Of a stretch of DNA of 64,000 bases, positions 26,614 to 35,630 are shown piece by piece. The notes below the pieces were generated by a model. It had not been told where the DNA came from. It did not search any database and saw only the letters and a list, made by a program, of their open reading frames with translations. The position numbers and the translations under genes were made by a program. The stretch comes from Candidatus Latescibacterota bacterium (GTDB taxonomy: Bacteria > Latescibacterota > UBA2968): contig OZ242320.1 in assembly GCA_965208125.1 (NCBI GenBank), positions 1-64,000 of the forward strand, given 5' to 3'. Every line of letters begins with the position of its first letter. Position 1 is the stretch's first letter.

Positions 26614-29160
26614 ATGCTCAAAAATTACCTGACCATAGCCCTGCGAAATCTGGTGCGCTACAAAATATACACCGCGATCAATGCCCTCGGCCTGGCAACG
26701 GGCATTGCATTTTGCCTCCTCACATTTCTCTATGTGCGGCACGAATGGACTTATGACCAGTTTCACGAAAAAGCCGACCGCATTTTCCGGCTCGGAATGT
26801 CTGGCGGAATGTTTGGCGGAAGAGACAATGCCATACAGGTCCGACTATCGGATCAAATTGGCCCCCTCATGCGAGAGAACATCCCGCAATTTGCTCATGT
26901 TGTGCGAATCTATAAAGGTCCGGAAACTATCTCTCACGGCAATAATACCTTTGAAGTAAATTCTCTATTTACCGACGAAGACTTTTTTCAATTATTCACG
27001 TTTCCGCTCATTCACGGCGATCCCAAAACCGTGCTCGCAAATCCCAACAGTATTGTCTTAACTCAAAGTGCGGCGAAAAAATATTTCGGACAAAACGATG
27101 TGGTGAGACAAGAAATCAGCATCCGCGACAAAATCTGGAACGAGGAAGAGAAAACTTTTGTCATCGCGGGTATCGCACAGGATCCCCCTGAAAATTCCAG
27201 CATTCAGTTCGATCTGATTTTTTCTCAGGCAAGCCGTCCTCCTTCTAAAAATAAAATAACGTCATTTATCATGACGCCAGATGGCAAAACCGAACGCGAA
27301 GAAATTACCCCGCCCGTCTTTATGAGGGGAAGAAATGTCACCTATATACAGCTCATTGATAACGTGCAATTGGCAGACATAACTCCTGTCCTGAATGCAT
27401 TTGTTGAAGCAAATAAAACTTCCAGTGGCAATTTCAACTCTAAACGCAAGACCCCGGATTTGACCTTGCACTTGCAGCCCATTGCGGATATCCATTTTGA
27501 TCGCGAAATAACAAATGGACTTTCAGCACCGAGTAACCCCGCATATTCCTACATCCTCGCGGGCATTGCCCTCTCCGTATTGCTGGTGGCGTGCATCAAT
27601 TTTACGAACCTCTCCATTGCGCGGTCTGCGACCCGAGCGCGAGAGGTAGGTGTGCGAAAAGTGGTCGGAGCAATGCGTTTTCAACTGATGAAACAATTTT
27701 TGGGCGAGTCTTTGCTGCTCACGGGTGTGGGAATGCTGTTGGGACTTGCACTAACAGAGTTTTTTCTTTCGACCTTCAATACTTTGACACAGGTGAATTT
27801 AACACTGGATTATCGGCCTTCCCTATCCGGCGTGCTCTTTGGCGTGTCGCTCTTATTGATTATTAGTCTGATCTCGGGCATCTATCCGGCACTCGTGTTA
27901 TCGGGTTTTGATCCCATTGCCGCTTTGAAGAACCGATTCAATATCGGCGGTAAGTCCTGGTCTGGTCGCGTCCTGATCGTTGGTCAGTTCGTCGTTGCGA
28001 TTTTATTTTTGATTGCCACCCTTGTAATGTCTCAGCAGCTAACATTTTTAAAAGAAAAGAATCTGGGTTTAAATGAGTCACAGGTCGTTTTGATAAAAAC
28101 ACAAAATCTGTACACATCATCTCTTCCGCAGCAACGCTCTTTGATATCGCAACAACTGAAAATCTTCAAGCAAGAACTCAAACGGCACACCCAGATCGTA
28201 AACGTGACGCAATCGCGTTTGTTTTCCAAACTGACAACCGACTCAAAAATAAACAAAGACAATATTACATTGCCCAATGGGGAAGAAATAAAAAGAGCAG
28301 ACATTTACGTAGATTACGACTTTTTTGACACACTGGACATCAATCTACTGGCGGGACGCAACTTTTCGCCAGATTTTGGCACAGATGCAACACAGGCTGT
28401 TCTGGTCAATAAAACATTTGTCGAACGCGCGCAATTAGAACAACCCTTGAACACGACCTTGCCCATGAGACAAATGAGGGGCTATTTTGCGCCGGGAGAT
28501 AGCTTGCCAAAATTCCAGCCAATAAAAGACCCCAAAATTATCGGTATCGTAGATGATTTTCACTTACAGTCACTGCATTATGCCCTGCCTCCTGTGGTAA
28601 TATTTTTAGATGCAGCCAGCTATGCTGCCGATTTCCTTGTACGCATTCGCCCAGAACGCATGCCCGAAACAATCGCCTTTATGGCTGAAAAGTGGCAGAC
28701 CATTGCGGGCGATGCATCGTTTGATTACGTCTTTCTCGACGAAAATTTTGACCGCCTCTACCGCGAGGAAGAACGCTGGGGCACCATTGTCCAATACGCC
28801 TCCTTCTTCGCGCTCTTTGTCGCCTGCCTCGGAGTTCTGGGTCTCACATCCCTCGCCATTACCCGACGCACCAAAGAAATCGGCATCCGCAAAGTACTCG
28901 GCGCATCGAATCATCACATCGTTGCCTTATTGTCCCGAGAATTTGTAGTGCTCATTCTCATCGCCAACCTGATCGCCTGGCCCATCGCCCATTACGGCGT
29001 CGAGCACTGGTTGCGGGACTTTGCCTACCGCATCGATGCAGGTATGGGTCTCTTTCTACTCGGCGGATTGCTCGTCTTTGTAACGGCCTTGCTCACCATT
29101 GGCGTTCAAGCCCTGAAAGCCGCACAGCGCAATCCCGTCCACGCCCTGCGATATGAGTGA
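26614..29160 (+). CDS. MacB/FtsX-like duplicated ABC transporter permease (no ATPase adjacent)
   Basis: MLKNYLTIALRNL, ACINFTNLS, RAREVGVRKVVGA, RRTKEIGIRKVLGAS, NPVHALRYE; SD AAAGGAGGT. Confidence 0.92.
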   Translation: MLKNYLTIALRNLVRYKIYTAINALGLATGIAFCLLTFLYVRHEWTYDQFHEKADRIFRLGMSGGMFGGRDNAIQVRLSDQIGPLMRENIPQFAHVVRIYKGPETISHGNNTFEVNSLFTDEDFFQLFTFPLIHGDPKTVLANPNSIVLTQSAAKKYFGQNDVVRQEISIRDKIWNEEEKTFVIAGIAQDPPENSSIQFDLIFSQASRPPSKNKITSFIMTPDGKTEREEITPPVFMRGRNVTYIQLIDNVQLADITPVLNAFVEANKTSSGNFNSKRKTPDLTLHLQPIADIHFDREITNGLSAPSNPAYSYILAGIALSVLLVACINFTNLSIARSATRAREVGVRKVVGAMRFQLMKQFLGESLLLTGVGMLLGLALTEFFLSTFNTLTQVNLTLDYRPSLSGVLFGVSLLLIISLISGIYPALVLSGFDPIAALKNRFNIGGKSWSGRVLIVGQFVVAILFLIATLVMSQQLTFLKEKNLGLNESQVVLIKTQNLYTSSLPQQRSLISQQLKIFKQELKRHTQIVNVTQSRLFSKLTTDSKINKDNITLPNGEEIKRADIYVDYDFFDTLDINLLAGRNFSPDFGTDATQAVLVNKTFVERAQLEQPLNTTLPMRQMRGYFAPGDSLPKFQPIKDPKIIGIVDDFHLQSLHYALPPVVIFLDAASYAADFLVRIRPERMPETIAFMAEKWQTIAGDASFDYVFLDENFDRLYREEERWGTIVQYASFFALFVACLGVLGLTSLAITRRTKEIGIRKVLGASNHHIVALLSREFVVLILIANLIAWPIAHYGVEHWLRDFAYRIDAGMGLFLLGGLLVFVTALLTIGVQALKAAQRNPVHALRYE

Positions 29161-29247
29161 GATTGATTTTCCCATTTGACAGGAAAGGACAAATCGTGAA
29201 TATTTGAACAAGAGTAAAAAGAAACAGTCGTTGATCAGGAGACTCAA

Positions 29248-29547
29248 ATGGCTCGCATAGATATTCCCCGAATCGCGTATCCCCATATCGAACGGAATCC
29301 AGATATCCTCTCAGGCGAACCCATTATACGAGGAACACGCATTGGCGTACGACACATTGCAGAATGGGATCGCCGTGGATACAGTGTGGATGAAATTATC
29401 GCACAATACCCTCACTTGACCCATGCACAGGTTCAAGATGCCCTGTCTTATGCTTTTGATCACAAGTCTGAAATTGATCAACTCATCCAGGCAAATACAG
29501 AAGACACTGTTCGGTCAAAATATCAAGATAGTGCATGGATGCCATAA
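29248..29547 (+). CDS. DUF433 family protein (putative antitoxin/DNA-binding)
   Basis: IERNPDILSGEPIIRGTRIGV...EIIAQYPHLTHAQVQDALSY. Confidence 0.9.
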   Translation: MARIDIPRIAYPHIERNPDILSGEPIIRGTRIGVRHIAEWDRRGYSVDEIIAQYPHLTHAQVQDALSYAFDHKSEIDQLIQANTEDTVRSKYQDSAWMP

Positions 29548-29608
29548 CCTATTGATTTTTATTTTTTAAAAAAGTTTAATTGTTTTCCATTAAACTGAAA
29601 AATTTTCC

Positions 29609-29637
29609 TTGACACCTGTTCTTTTGTTTAGTATTTT
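29609..29637 (+). promoter_or_regulatory. Sigma-70 promoter with a degenerate LexA-like box over the -35
   Basis: TTGACA-17 bp-TATTTT; TGAC-ACCT-GTTC at 29610-29621. Confidence 0.5.
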
Positions 29638-29681
29638 TGTGCATAGAACTTTGAGACATAATCCTTCGACAGGAGGTAATC

Positions 29682-29978
29682 ATGGCAAGCATTGAGATTC
29701 AGACCGAACAGGATATTGGGGAAATTTTATTGTCGGATTTGAGTCGAGATTTGCTTAAAGTTGCTGATCGCATTCAGGCCGAGATGCCGCATGTGCCTTT
29801 TGATGCCATTCGCCCCGAAGCCCTGGCGCGCGTCGAAGCCGCCGAGCAAGCCGTCGATACTCTTGCACAAGATTTGTGCAAGGGGCAAGGGGAACTCACT
29901 GAATGGCACGGTGCCCTGACGAATTACGAATCAGCCTGGTTCCAGGTTATTGAGTCTTTAGGCGTTCGCAATAATTAA
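29682..29978 (+). CDS. Hypothetical acidic helical protein (98 aa)
   Basis: SD AGGAGGT; first gene after the promoter at 29609. Confidence 0.75.
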   Translation: MASIEIQTEQDIGEILLSDLSRDLLKVADRIQAEMPHVPFDAIRPEALARVEAAEQAVDTLAQDLCKGQGELTEWHGALTNYESAWFQVIESLGVRNN

Positions 29979-30064
29979 ATCGCAAACTATATATTCACGT
30001 TTATTTTCGGCAATAAATAACCCGTTGTGTTGCCGATTTCCACGAAAGCAAAGGAGAGATAGCA

Positions 30065-30817
30065 ATGTCCCAGCGAGATATGAAGGCGAATAACTCAAAT
30101 ATGAAGGCGAGTGAGCGGTGTACAACTGCGCCAGCAGTTCAACCTGTTGACCATATCAAGAAGCAGATTGCAGAATCCGAGGGTTTCCCCATCGAGAAAA
30201 TCGATGAGTTTGTGGTGTTCATCCAGAATGATCCCTACATCACGTCTGCCGGTTTGCAGTACAAAATGTTGCAAACCTATAAGGCTGGCAAATTCGCCGT
30301 ACAGGCTGTAATGCCTACCAAAGAAGAATACGCTCTATTGCGGCGAATGATGGGATTAAAAGATGAGGAACCGCTGGTGGTAATGCGCGGTGAAGTGTGG
30401 GTCGATGGGCTTGCGCGCCCTTTTGTCGATTACGGTACCACAACGCCCAAAAATCTCAAAGGATTTGTGCGGTTTTCAGATTATCCACTCGAAATGGCGA
30501 CGCGACGCGCCACCAATCGGGCGATGCGTTTGGCTACCGCAACGGGGATGTGTTCTGTCGATGAACTTCAAGTAGCCACAGACGCCGCACAGACTAACGG
30601 CGATGTTGAATCGGTGTACAACACCGCCACGCAAAGTCAGATTGATCTGATCAAAAATCTGGGACGCAGTCCACGGCTAACCGAGCGAGAACGCGGGCGA
30701 TTGAAAACCCAGATTGAAGGCGGATTGGACAAGCGTCAGGCATCCGAATTGATCCAAAAAATAAAAACGAGGTTAGACGCCCGGCGCAAAGCCGATGCAC
30801 AACCTATTGCGGCTTGA
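30065..30817 (+). CDS. Putative single-strand annealing protein (RecT/Bet/Rad52-like superfamily)
   Basis: PYITSAGL and EMATRRATNRAMRLA...GMCSVDEL; C-terminal ATQSQIDLI...LDKRQASELI helical domain; SD AAAGGAG. Confidence 0.6.
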   Translation: MSQRDMKANNSNMKASERCTTAPAVQPVDHIKKQIAESEGFPIEKIDEFVVFIQNDPYITSAGLQYKMLQTYKAGKFAVQAVMPTKEEYALLRRMMGLKDEEPLVVMRGEVWVDGLARPFVDYGTTTPKNLKGFVRFSDYPLEMATRRATNRAMRLATATGMCSVDELQVATDAAQTNGDVESVYNTATQSQIDLIKNLGRSPRLTERERGRLKTQIEGGLDKRQASELIQKIKTRLDARRKADAQPIAA

Positions 30818-30889
30818 TTTTGAGCCGGTTGTCGCGCGCATTCTTTCGTCAGGGGAGAGGGGAAGGATTTAGCGTACAACCGGCACAAC

Positions 30890-30925
30890 AAAAAAGCGGG
30901 AGCTCTTTGAGAGCCCCGCTTTTTT
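30890..30925 (+). terminator. Intrinsic terminator
   Basis: AAAAAAGCGGGAGCTCT-TTG-AGAGCCCCGCTTTTTT. Confidence 0.85.
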
Positions 30926-31026
30926 GTTTTTTGTGGCGAATAGTGCCCTCTTGTGCTTTCGTTTCCTTTTGCGTATCATGGGACGAATTTGCAGACGATC
31001 AAAAATGCGATAAAAGGCGTGTTGTT

Positions 31027-33438
31027 ATGAAATCGATAATACTGGGAATTTTGTGCGTTGCGCTAACTGCAACAGATGGTCTGGCAAAAGATGCTTCGCC
31101 AGAGGCCATTGCCGCGGCGGAGAGAGCATATCAAGAAGGGATGAAACACTTTGAGGCAGAAAACCTGGACGCGGCGATTGTATCTTTTCAATCCGCAATT
31201 GCCCAGCACGAAAAGTACGCACCTGCCTATGTGGGACTGGGGCATGTCTATTTGAAACAGGGCGATTTGGCCGAAGCGGAAAAGGCGTTTAAGACCGCGG
31301 TTATAAAAAACAAGAAATACGCGCCGGCTTACAACGGATTAGGCCTGGTCTATAGCCGTAAAAAGAAAGAACTGCGTCGGGCAATTGCGTATTTTCGAGA
31401 TGCAAATCGGGCAGATAAAAAGTATTCGGAAGCGCAATACAACCTGGCGCAAACCCTGGAAGCTTATGGCAGCAGTGAGACCCTCAAAGCCTATCGCAAT
31501 GTCTTGAAGATCGATCCCAAACACCCCAATGCAAACTATCGCATAGGAATATTACTCGATAAAGATGGAGAACGCGAAAAAGCCGTGCAAGCGTATCGCG
31601 ATCAGCTACAAGCAAAACCGGATCACCACGGCGCACGCTTGAATCTGGGCATCAATCTGAAATTGCTCGGACAATTGCGAGAGGCACTCCAGCACCTGCT
31701 CGAAGCTGCAACAGTTATCAACGATTTTCAACGTCGCGCCGTATTGGAATTGGCGCAGGTATTTCAAAGGGCAAAGGCATTTGAGCAGTCCGCGCGATTA
31801 TTTGAGTCATATATCAAACAGTTATCCGAAAAAGAGCAAGAAACGTATTGCGATCTAAATCTCGTCGCATCGGGTCCCATTATCGAGGAATATAACGATG
31901 CCGAGACACTTCCAGAAAAAAAGCGCGTTTTTAGAACATTCTGGTCGCGCTTAGATCCCGCTCCCGTCACCGAGGCCAATGAACGGTTGTTGGAACACTA
32001 TCGCCGTGTCGCTTATGCCCGTGAATTCTTTGGGACACATCGATTTCCCTGGGACGCGCGCGGCGAAGCCTATATCCGCTATGGTGCGCCCGACCATGTA
32101 AGCAATTCGGGCAATATTCAACTGGAGCGAACCAAAAAGTTGGTTGCCGTAAAAGAGCGGCTCATCCAAAAAGCAGGGCCAGCTGTGGACCGGTTGCTCA
32201 GGGAGCGGGCCGACGCGGTCGCAACGGGCATGGTGGGTATGCGAGAGCAATTGCGTCGCGGTGAGCAATCTGGCTCCAGCCCACGCATTGAACAATTTGT
32301 CCCCGACGCGCCTGGCGATCAACATGATCCCAACGCGCCCGTCAACCGATTGCAAGTGACCAGTGGAACCGTTTTGGGATGGCCGGTATATCCAGTGGAC
32401 GGGATATGGGAATATTGGATCTATGCCGATGTTGGCAATGGGATAGAGGTCGTGTTTGAACAACGCGTAAATCAAGGGGCGTGGGATTATGCCGATGTAC
32501 CGCTTGGTGTAGGGCGAATTGCGCGGATATGGCAGGACATGCATCCCGAAATCGTCTTGAAACGGGTTGCAGCTATTACGCCGATAACATACCGCCCCGA
32601 TTTTGCAACCGGTGCATTGGATTTTTATCTCGCCTCATCCGCTTTTCGGGGGAAAGAGGGTCTGACCACGCTCGAAATTTATTACGGTATTCCAACCGCG
32701 CAATTGCACTTTGCGCCCGGGCAAGATGGCGCGCGAATCGCACAATTAGACCGCGGCATTGTGGTTTACAATCAAGCGGGCGATCCCGTCTATCGCACGA
32801 GCCAGGAAATGGTGCTGGGCGCGCCGGGTGAAGCCGATCTGTCGCCTGGCGCATATATGCCAGAAATGGACCGCTTATTTTTGACACCGGGCAATTATCG
32901 CATTTCCGTGCAGGTCTTGGATCGACAATCCAGAAAGTCACAGGTTTATCAGATCAACCGCGTCGTACCCGAATACGATATAGATGACGAGTTAAAGATC
33001 AGCGATGTGGAACTTGCCGCCACCATTGATATGGCCGACAAGAGCCGGTTCCAAAAGGGTAATATCGCAGTAATTCCCATGGCCTCAAAAGCCTATTTGC
33101 CCACACAACCCGTATTTATCTATTTTGAAATTTACAACTTAAAACGCAATCCCTTCGGCCAGACCAAATACCGCGTATCTTATGTCGTGCGATCGCGCGA
33201 TCAAAAAACCATCGGCGCGCGAATTTTGGGTGGCGTGGGCAAAATGCTCGGACAAAAGAGCGAGCAGGGCGTTATTTCAATCGAATACGAGCAGGTGGGA
33301 ACAGAGATGCAAGAACCGGGATATATTGAATTGGATATGTCGCGCTCTGAACCGGGCGAAAAAATCGTAGAAATCGCGGTTGTAGATGAAACAACAGGCC
33401 AAACAGCAACCGCGACAGCGACATTTGTCACTCAATAG
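31027..33438 (+). CDS. Secreted TPR-repeat plus GWxTD-domain protein
   Basis: Signal peptide from ATG 31027; several TPRs; FWSRLDP...NERLLEHYRRVAYA...PWDARGEAYIRYGAPD. Confidence 0.85.
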   Translation: MKSIILGILCVALTATDGLAKDASPEAIAAAERAYQEGMKHFEAENLDAAIVSFQSAIAQHEKYAPAYVGLGHVYLKQGDLAEAEKAFKTAVIKNKKYAPAYNGLGLVYSRKKKELRRAIAYFRDANRADKKYSEAQYNLAQTLEAYGSSETLKAYRNVLKIDPKHPNANYRIGILLDKDGEREKAVQAYRDQLQAKPDHHGARLNLGINLKLLGQLREALQHLLEAATVINDFQRRAVLELAQVFQRAKAFEQSARLFESYIKQLSEKEQETYCDLNLVASGPIIEEYNDAETLPEKKRVFRTFWSRLDPAPVTEANERLLEHYRRVAYAREFFGTHRFPWDARGEAYIRYGAPDHVSNSGNIQLERTKKLVAVKERLIQKAGPAVDRLLRERADAVATGMVGMREQLRRGEQSGSSPRIEQFVPDAPGDQHDPNAPVNRLQVTSGTVLGWPVYPVDGIWEYWIYADVGNGIEVVFEQRVNQGAWDYADVPLGVGRIARIWQDMHPEIVLKRVAAITPITYRPDFATGALDFYLASSAFRGKEGLTTLEIYYGIPTAQLHFAPGQDGARIAQLDRGIVVYNQAGDPVYRTSQEMVLGAPGEADLSPGAYMPEMDRLFLTPGNYRISVQVLDRQSRKSQVYQINRVVPEYDIDDELKISDVELAATIDMADKSRFQKGNIAVIPMASKAYLPTQPVFIYFEIYNLKRNPFGQTKYRVSYVVRSRDQKTIGARILGGVGKMLGQKSEQGVISIEYEQVGTEMQEPGYIELDMSRSEPGEKIVEIAVVDETTGQTATATATFVTQ

Positions 33439-33454
33439 CACAGGAGCAAATTCA

Positions 33455-34798
33455 ATGCGTATTTTTGACGTTGAAACCATGCGCGCCCACGCGCGTGAGA
33501 TTTTTGACACAGCGGTCAAAGCTGTTGATGCCGAACAGTGCGTGCGGCACTTTGTATCGCTGGATGGCGATATTTTGCGCGTGGGCGATCAAAATTATGA
33601 TTTAAGTGTTTACCGCCGCATTCTGGTCGTGGGCACGGGCAAAGCCTCGCCGCAAATGGGCGTAGCTCTGGAAGATATATTGGGCGATCGCATCTCTGAT
33701 GGATCTATGAATACAAAATACGACCATGCATTGCCCTTAGAACATATCGACATAGTGGAATGCGGCCATCCCGTGCCCGATGAATCGGGAGTTGACGGCG
33801 TCGGCCGCATGGTGCGTCTGCTGGAAGAAGCGGATGAAAATACGCTGGTGATCTGTTTGATTTCCGGTGGTGGCTCGGCACTTGCACCCGCACCTGCTGA
33901 CGGATTGACGCTTGCAGACAAGCAAGAAACGACGAGCCTGTTGTTGGCCTGCGGTGCAAATATTGTAGAACTCAATGCCATCCGCAAACATCTGTCGCGC
34001 TTAAAAGGTGGGGGTTTAGCGCGTGCGGCGTTTCCCGCAACAGTTGTCGCACTGATGTTGTCAGATGTGATTGGCGATCCCATGGATGTCATCGCATCTG
34101 GCCCCACAGTGCCGGATACCGCGACATTTAAAACGTGTATGGATATTCTGGACAAATACGAATTGGTCGATAAAATACCCGAAAGCGTTCGGCTGCGACT
34201 AAAAGCCGGTTTAGCCGGAGATATTGAAGATACGCCCAAGCCCGGCGATGCGGCACTCTCCAAAGTTCAGAATCTCGTGGTCGGCAGCAATGGTCTGGCC
34301 GTAGCTGCGGCAAATAACAAAGCAATGGAATTGGGATATAATACGCTGGTATTATCTACGCGCATTGAGGGCGAAGCGAGAGAAGTCGCTTATGTATATG
34401 CGGGTATTGCCAAAGAAATTGTGACATCTGGACAGCCCATTGCGGCACCGGCTTGCGTGATTGCCGGCGGAGAAACAACGGTGCTGGTGCGCGGAGATGG
34501 CAAGGGCGGGCGCAATCAAGAAATTCCGCTATCGGGCGCAATTCAGTTAGCCGGATGGGATAATGTCGTACTATTTAGCGGAGGCACCGATGGCACCGAT
34601 GGACCAACCGATGCCGCGGGCGCCGTAGCCGATGGACAAACCATAGCGCGAGCAGAAGCACTGGGACTTTCCGCAATCGCGCATCTTAAAAACAATGATG
34701 CCTACCACTTTTTTAAGCCACTGGACGATCTGATCATCACCGGAGCAACCGGAACCAATGTGGCAGATGTCGCGCTGGTAATGGTCGGGAATGCATAA
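33455..34798 (+). CDS. Glycerate 2-kinase (MOFRL/TtuD family)
   Basis: VGTGKA, GHPVPD, LISGGGSAL, SDVIGD, GGETTV, GGRNQE, GTDGTDGPT, TGTNVAD. Confidence 0.93.
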   Translation: MRIFDVETMRAHAREIFDTAVKAVDAEQCVRHFVSLDGDILRVGDQNYDLSVYRRILVVGTGKASPQMGVALEDILGDRISDGSMNTKYDHALPLEHIDIVECGHPVPDESGVDGVGRMVRLLEEADENTLVICLISGGGSALAPAPADGLTLADKQETTSLLLACGANIVELNAIRKHLSRLKGGGLARAAFPATVVALMLSDVIGDPMDVIASGPTVPDTATFKTCMDILDKYELVDKIPESVRLRLKAGLAGDIEDTPKPGDAALSKVQNLVVGSNGLAVAAANNKAMELGYNTLVLSTRIEGEAREVAYVYAGIAKEIVTSGQPIAAPACVIAGGETTVLVRGDGKGGRNQEIPLSGAIQLAGWDNVVLFSGGTDGTDGPTDAAGAVADGQTIARAEALGLSAIAHLKNNDAYHFFKPLDDLIITGATGTNVADVALVMVGNA

Positions 34799-34834
34799 TT
34801 TGACGCATATGAATGTTCACAGGAAATACATCCA

Positions 34835-35608
34835 ATGTCCAATCCCACCGAACCCATCCTCAACGAAGTCGAAGTCGATTATTTTCGGCGCCACGGGTAT
34901 ATCATACGCACCGATTTACTCACCGATGAGGAGCGCGACGAATTTATCGCCCTATTCGACCGCGACCGCGAGCAATTCAAATTTCGCTGGCATCCCTATG
35001 GCTACCACCAGCAGGCCAATTACGACACACTCGTCACCACACCCGAATTTGACCGCGTGATTCGTCACCCAAAAATCCTCGCCGCAATCGAACAACTCAT
35101 GGGTGGTCCGGTTTGCTTTGGCGAAATCGGTGCGCGTTACATGCTTCCTTACGATGGCAAACTGCATCGCAGTTGGCATCGAGACCGCCCACACTGGGAC
35201 GAGCATCCATTTCGAATGGACTATATCCAACTCATGCTCTATCTCACAGACGTCGGTGCCGACACCCACTGCTTTTCACTCTCTCCCGAATCGGTTTACG
35301 AGCCCACGCTCGAAGACAAAGAAGCGCAACTCAAACGCGGTGGCATCGCCGATATTCACGGCCCCGCAGGCACGGTCTGTCTCTTCAATGTCGCGGCGCT
35401 ACACACAGCCACCACGCGACCGACGAAATGCGACCGCAAAACCCTGCAAATATACTACGGACACCGCGACCGCAAATACCTGGCCAATGACTCCGTCATC
35501 CCTCCCATCTTCTGGCGCGACCACAAAGACCCCGAAGTGCGCGCCTTTTACGGCAACCTCAACGAAGTCTCCAATATTTACAACAAAGCATTTGGAATCC
35601 GATCATGA
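34835..35608 (+). CDS. PhyH-family Fe/2OG dioxygenase
   Basis: FRRHGY, WHRD, YLTDV, AGTVCLF...LHTA, conserved Arg. Confidence 0.85.
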   Translation: MSNPTEPILNEVEVDYFRRHGYIIRTDLLTDEERDEFIALFDRDREQFKFRWHPYGYHQQANYDTLVTTPEFDRVIRHPKILAAIEQLMGGPVCFGEIGARYMLPYDGKLHRSWHRDRPHWDEHPFRMDYIQLMLYLTDVGADTHCFSLSPESVYEPTLEDKEAQLKRGGIADIHGPAGTVCLFNVAALHTATTRPTKCDRKTLQIYYGHRDRKYLANDSVIPPIFWRDHKDPEVRAFYGNLNEVSNIYNKAFGIRS

Positions 35609-35630
35609 TCTTCCGAATTCCCCACTAACC

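Noticed and set aside
30815-30823. TGA-TTT-TGA plus hairpin as selenocysteine read-through of the SSAP-like gene
   Set aside because: The extension has no redox motif and runs into the terminator; a simple tandem stop is more likely.
30814-31026. N-terminal extension of the TPR-GWxTD ORF
   Set aside because: It runs through a terminator; the signal peptide begins at ATG 31027. Similar over-extensions were trimmed for modB, the DUF6785-like gene, glycerate kinase, the GtrA gene and the serine hydrolase.
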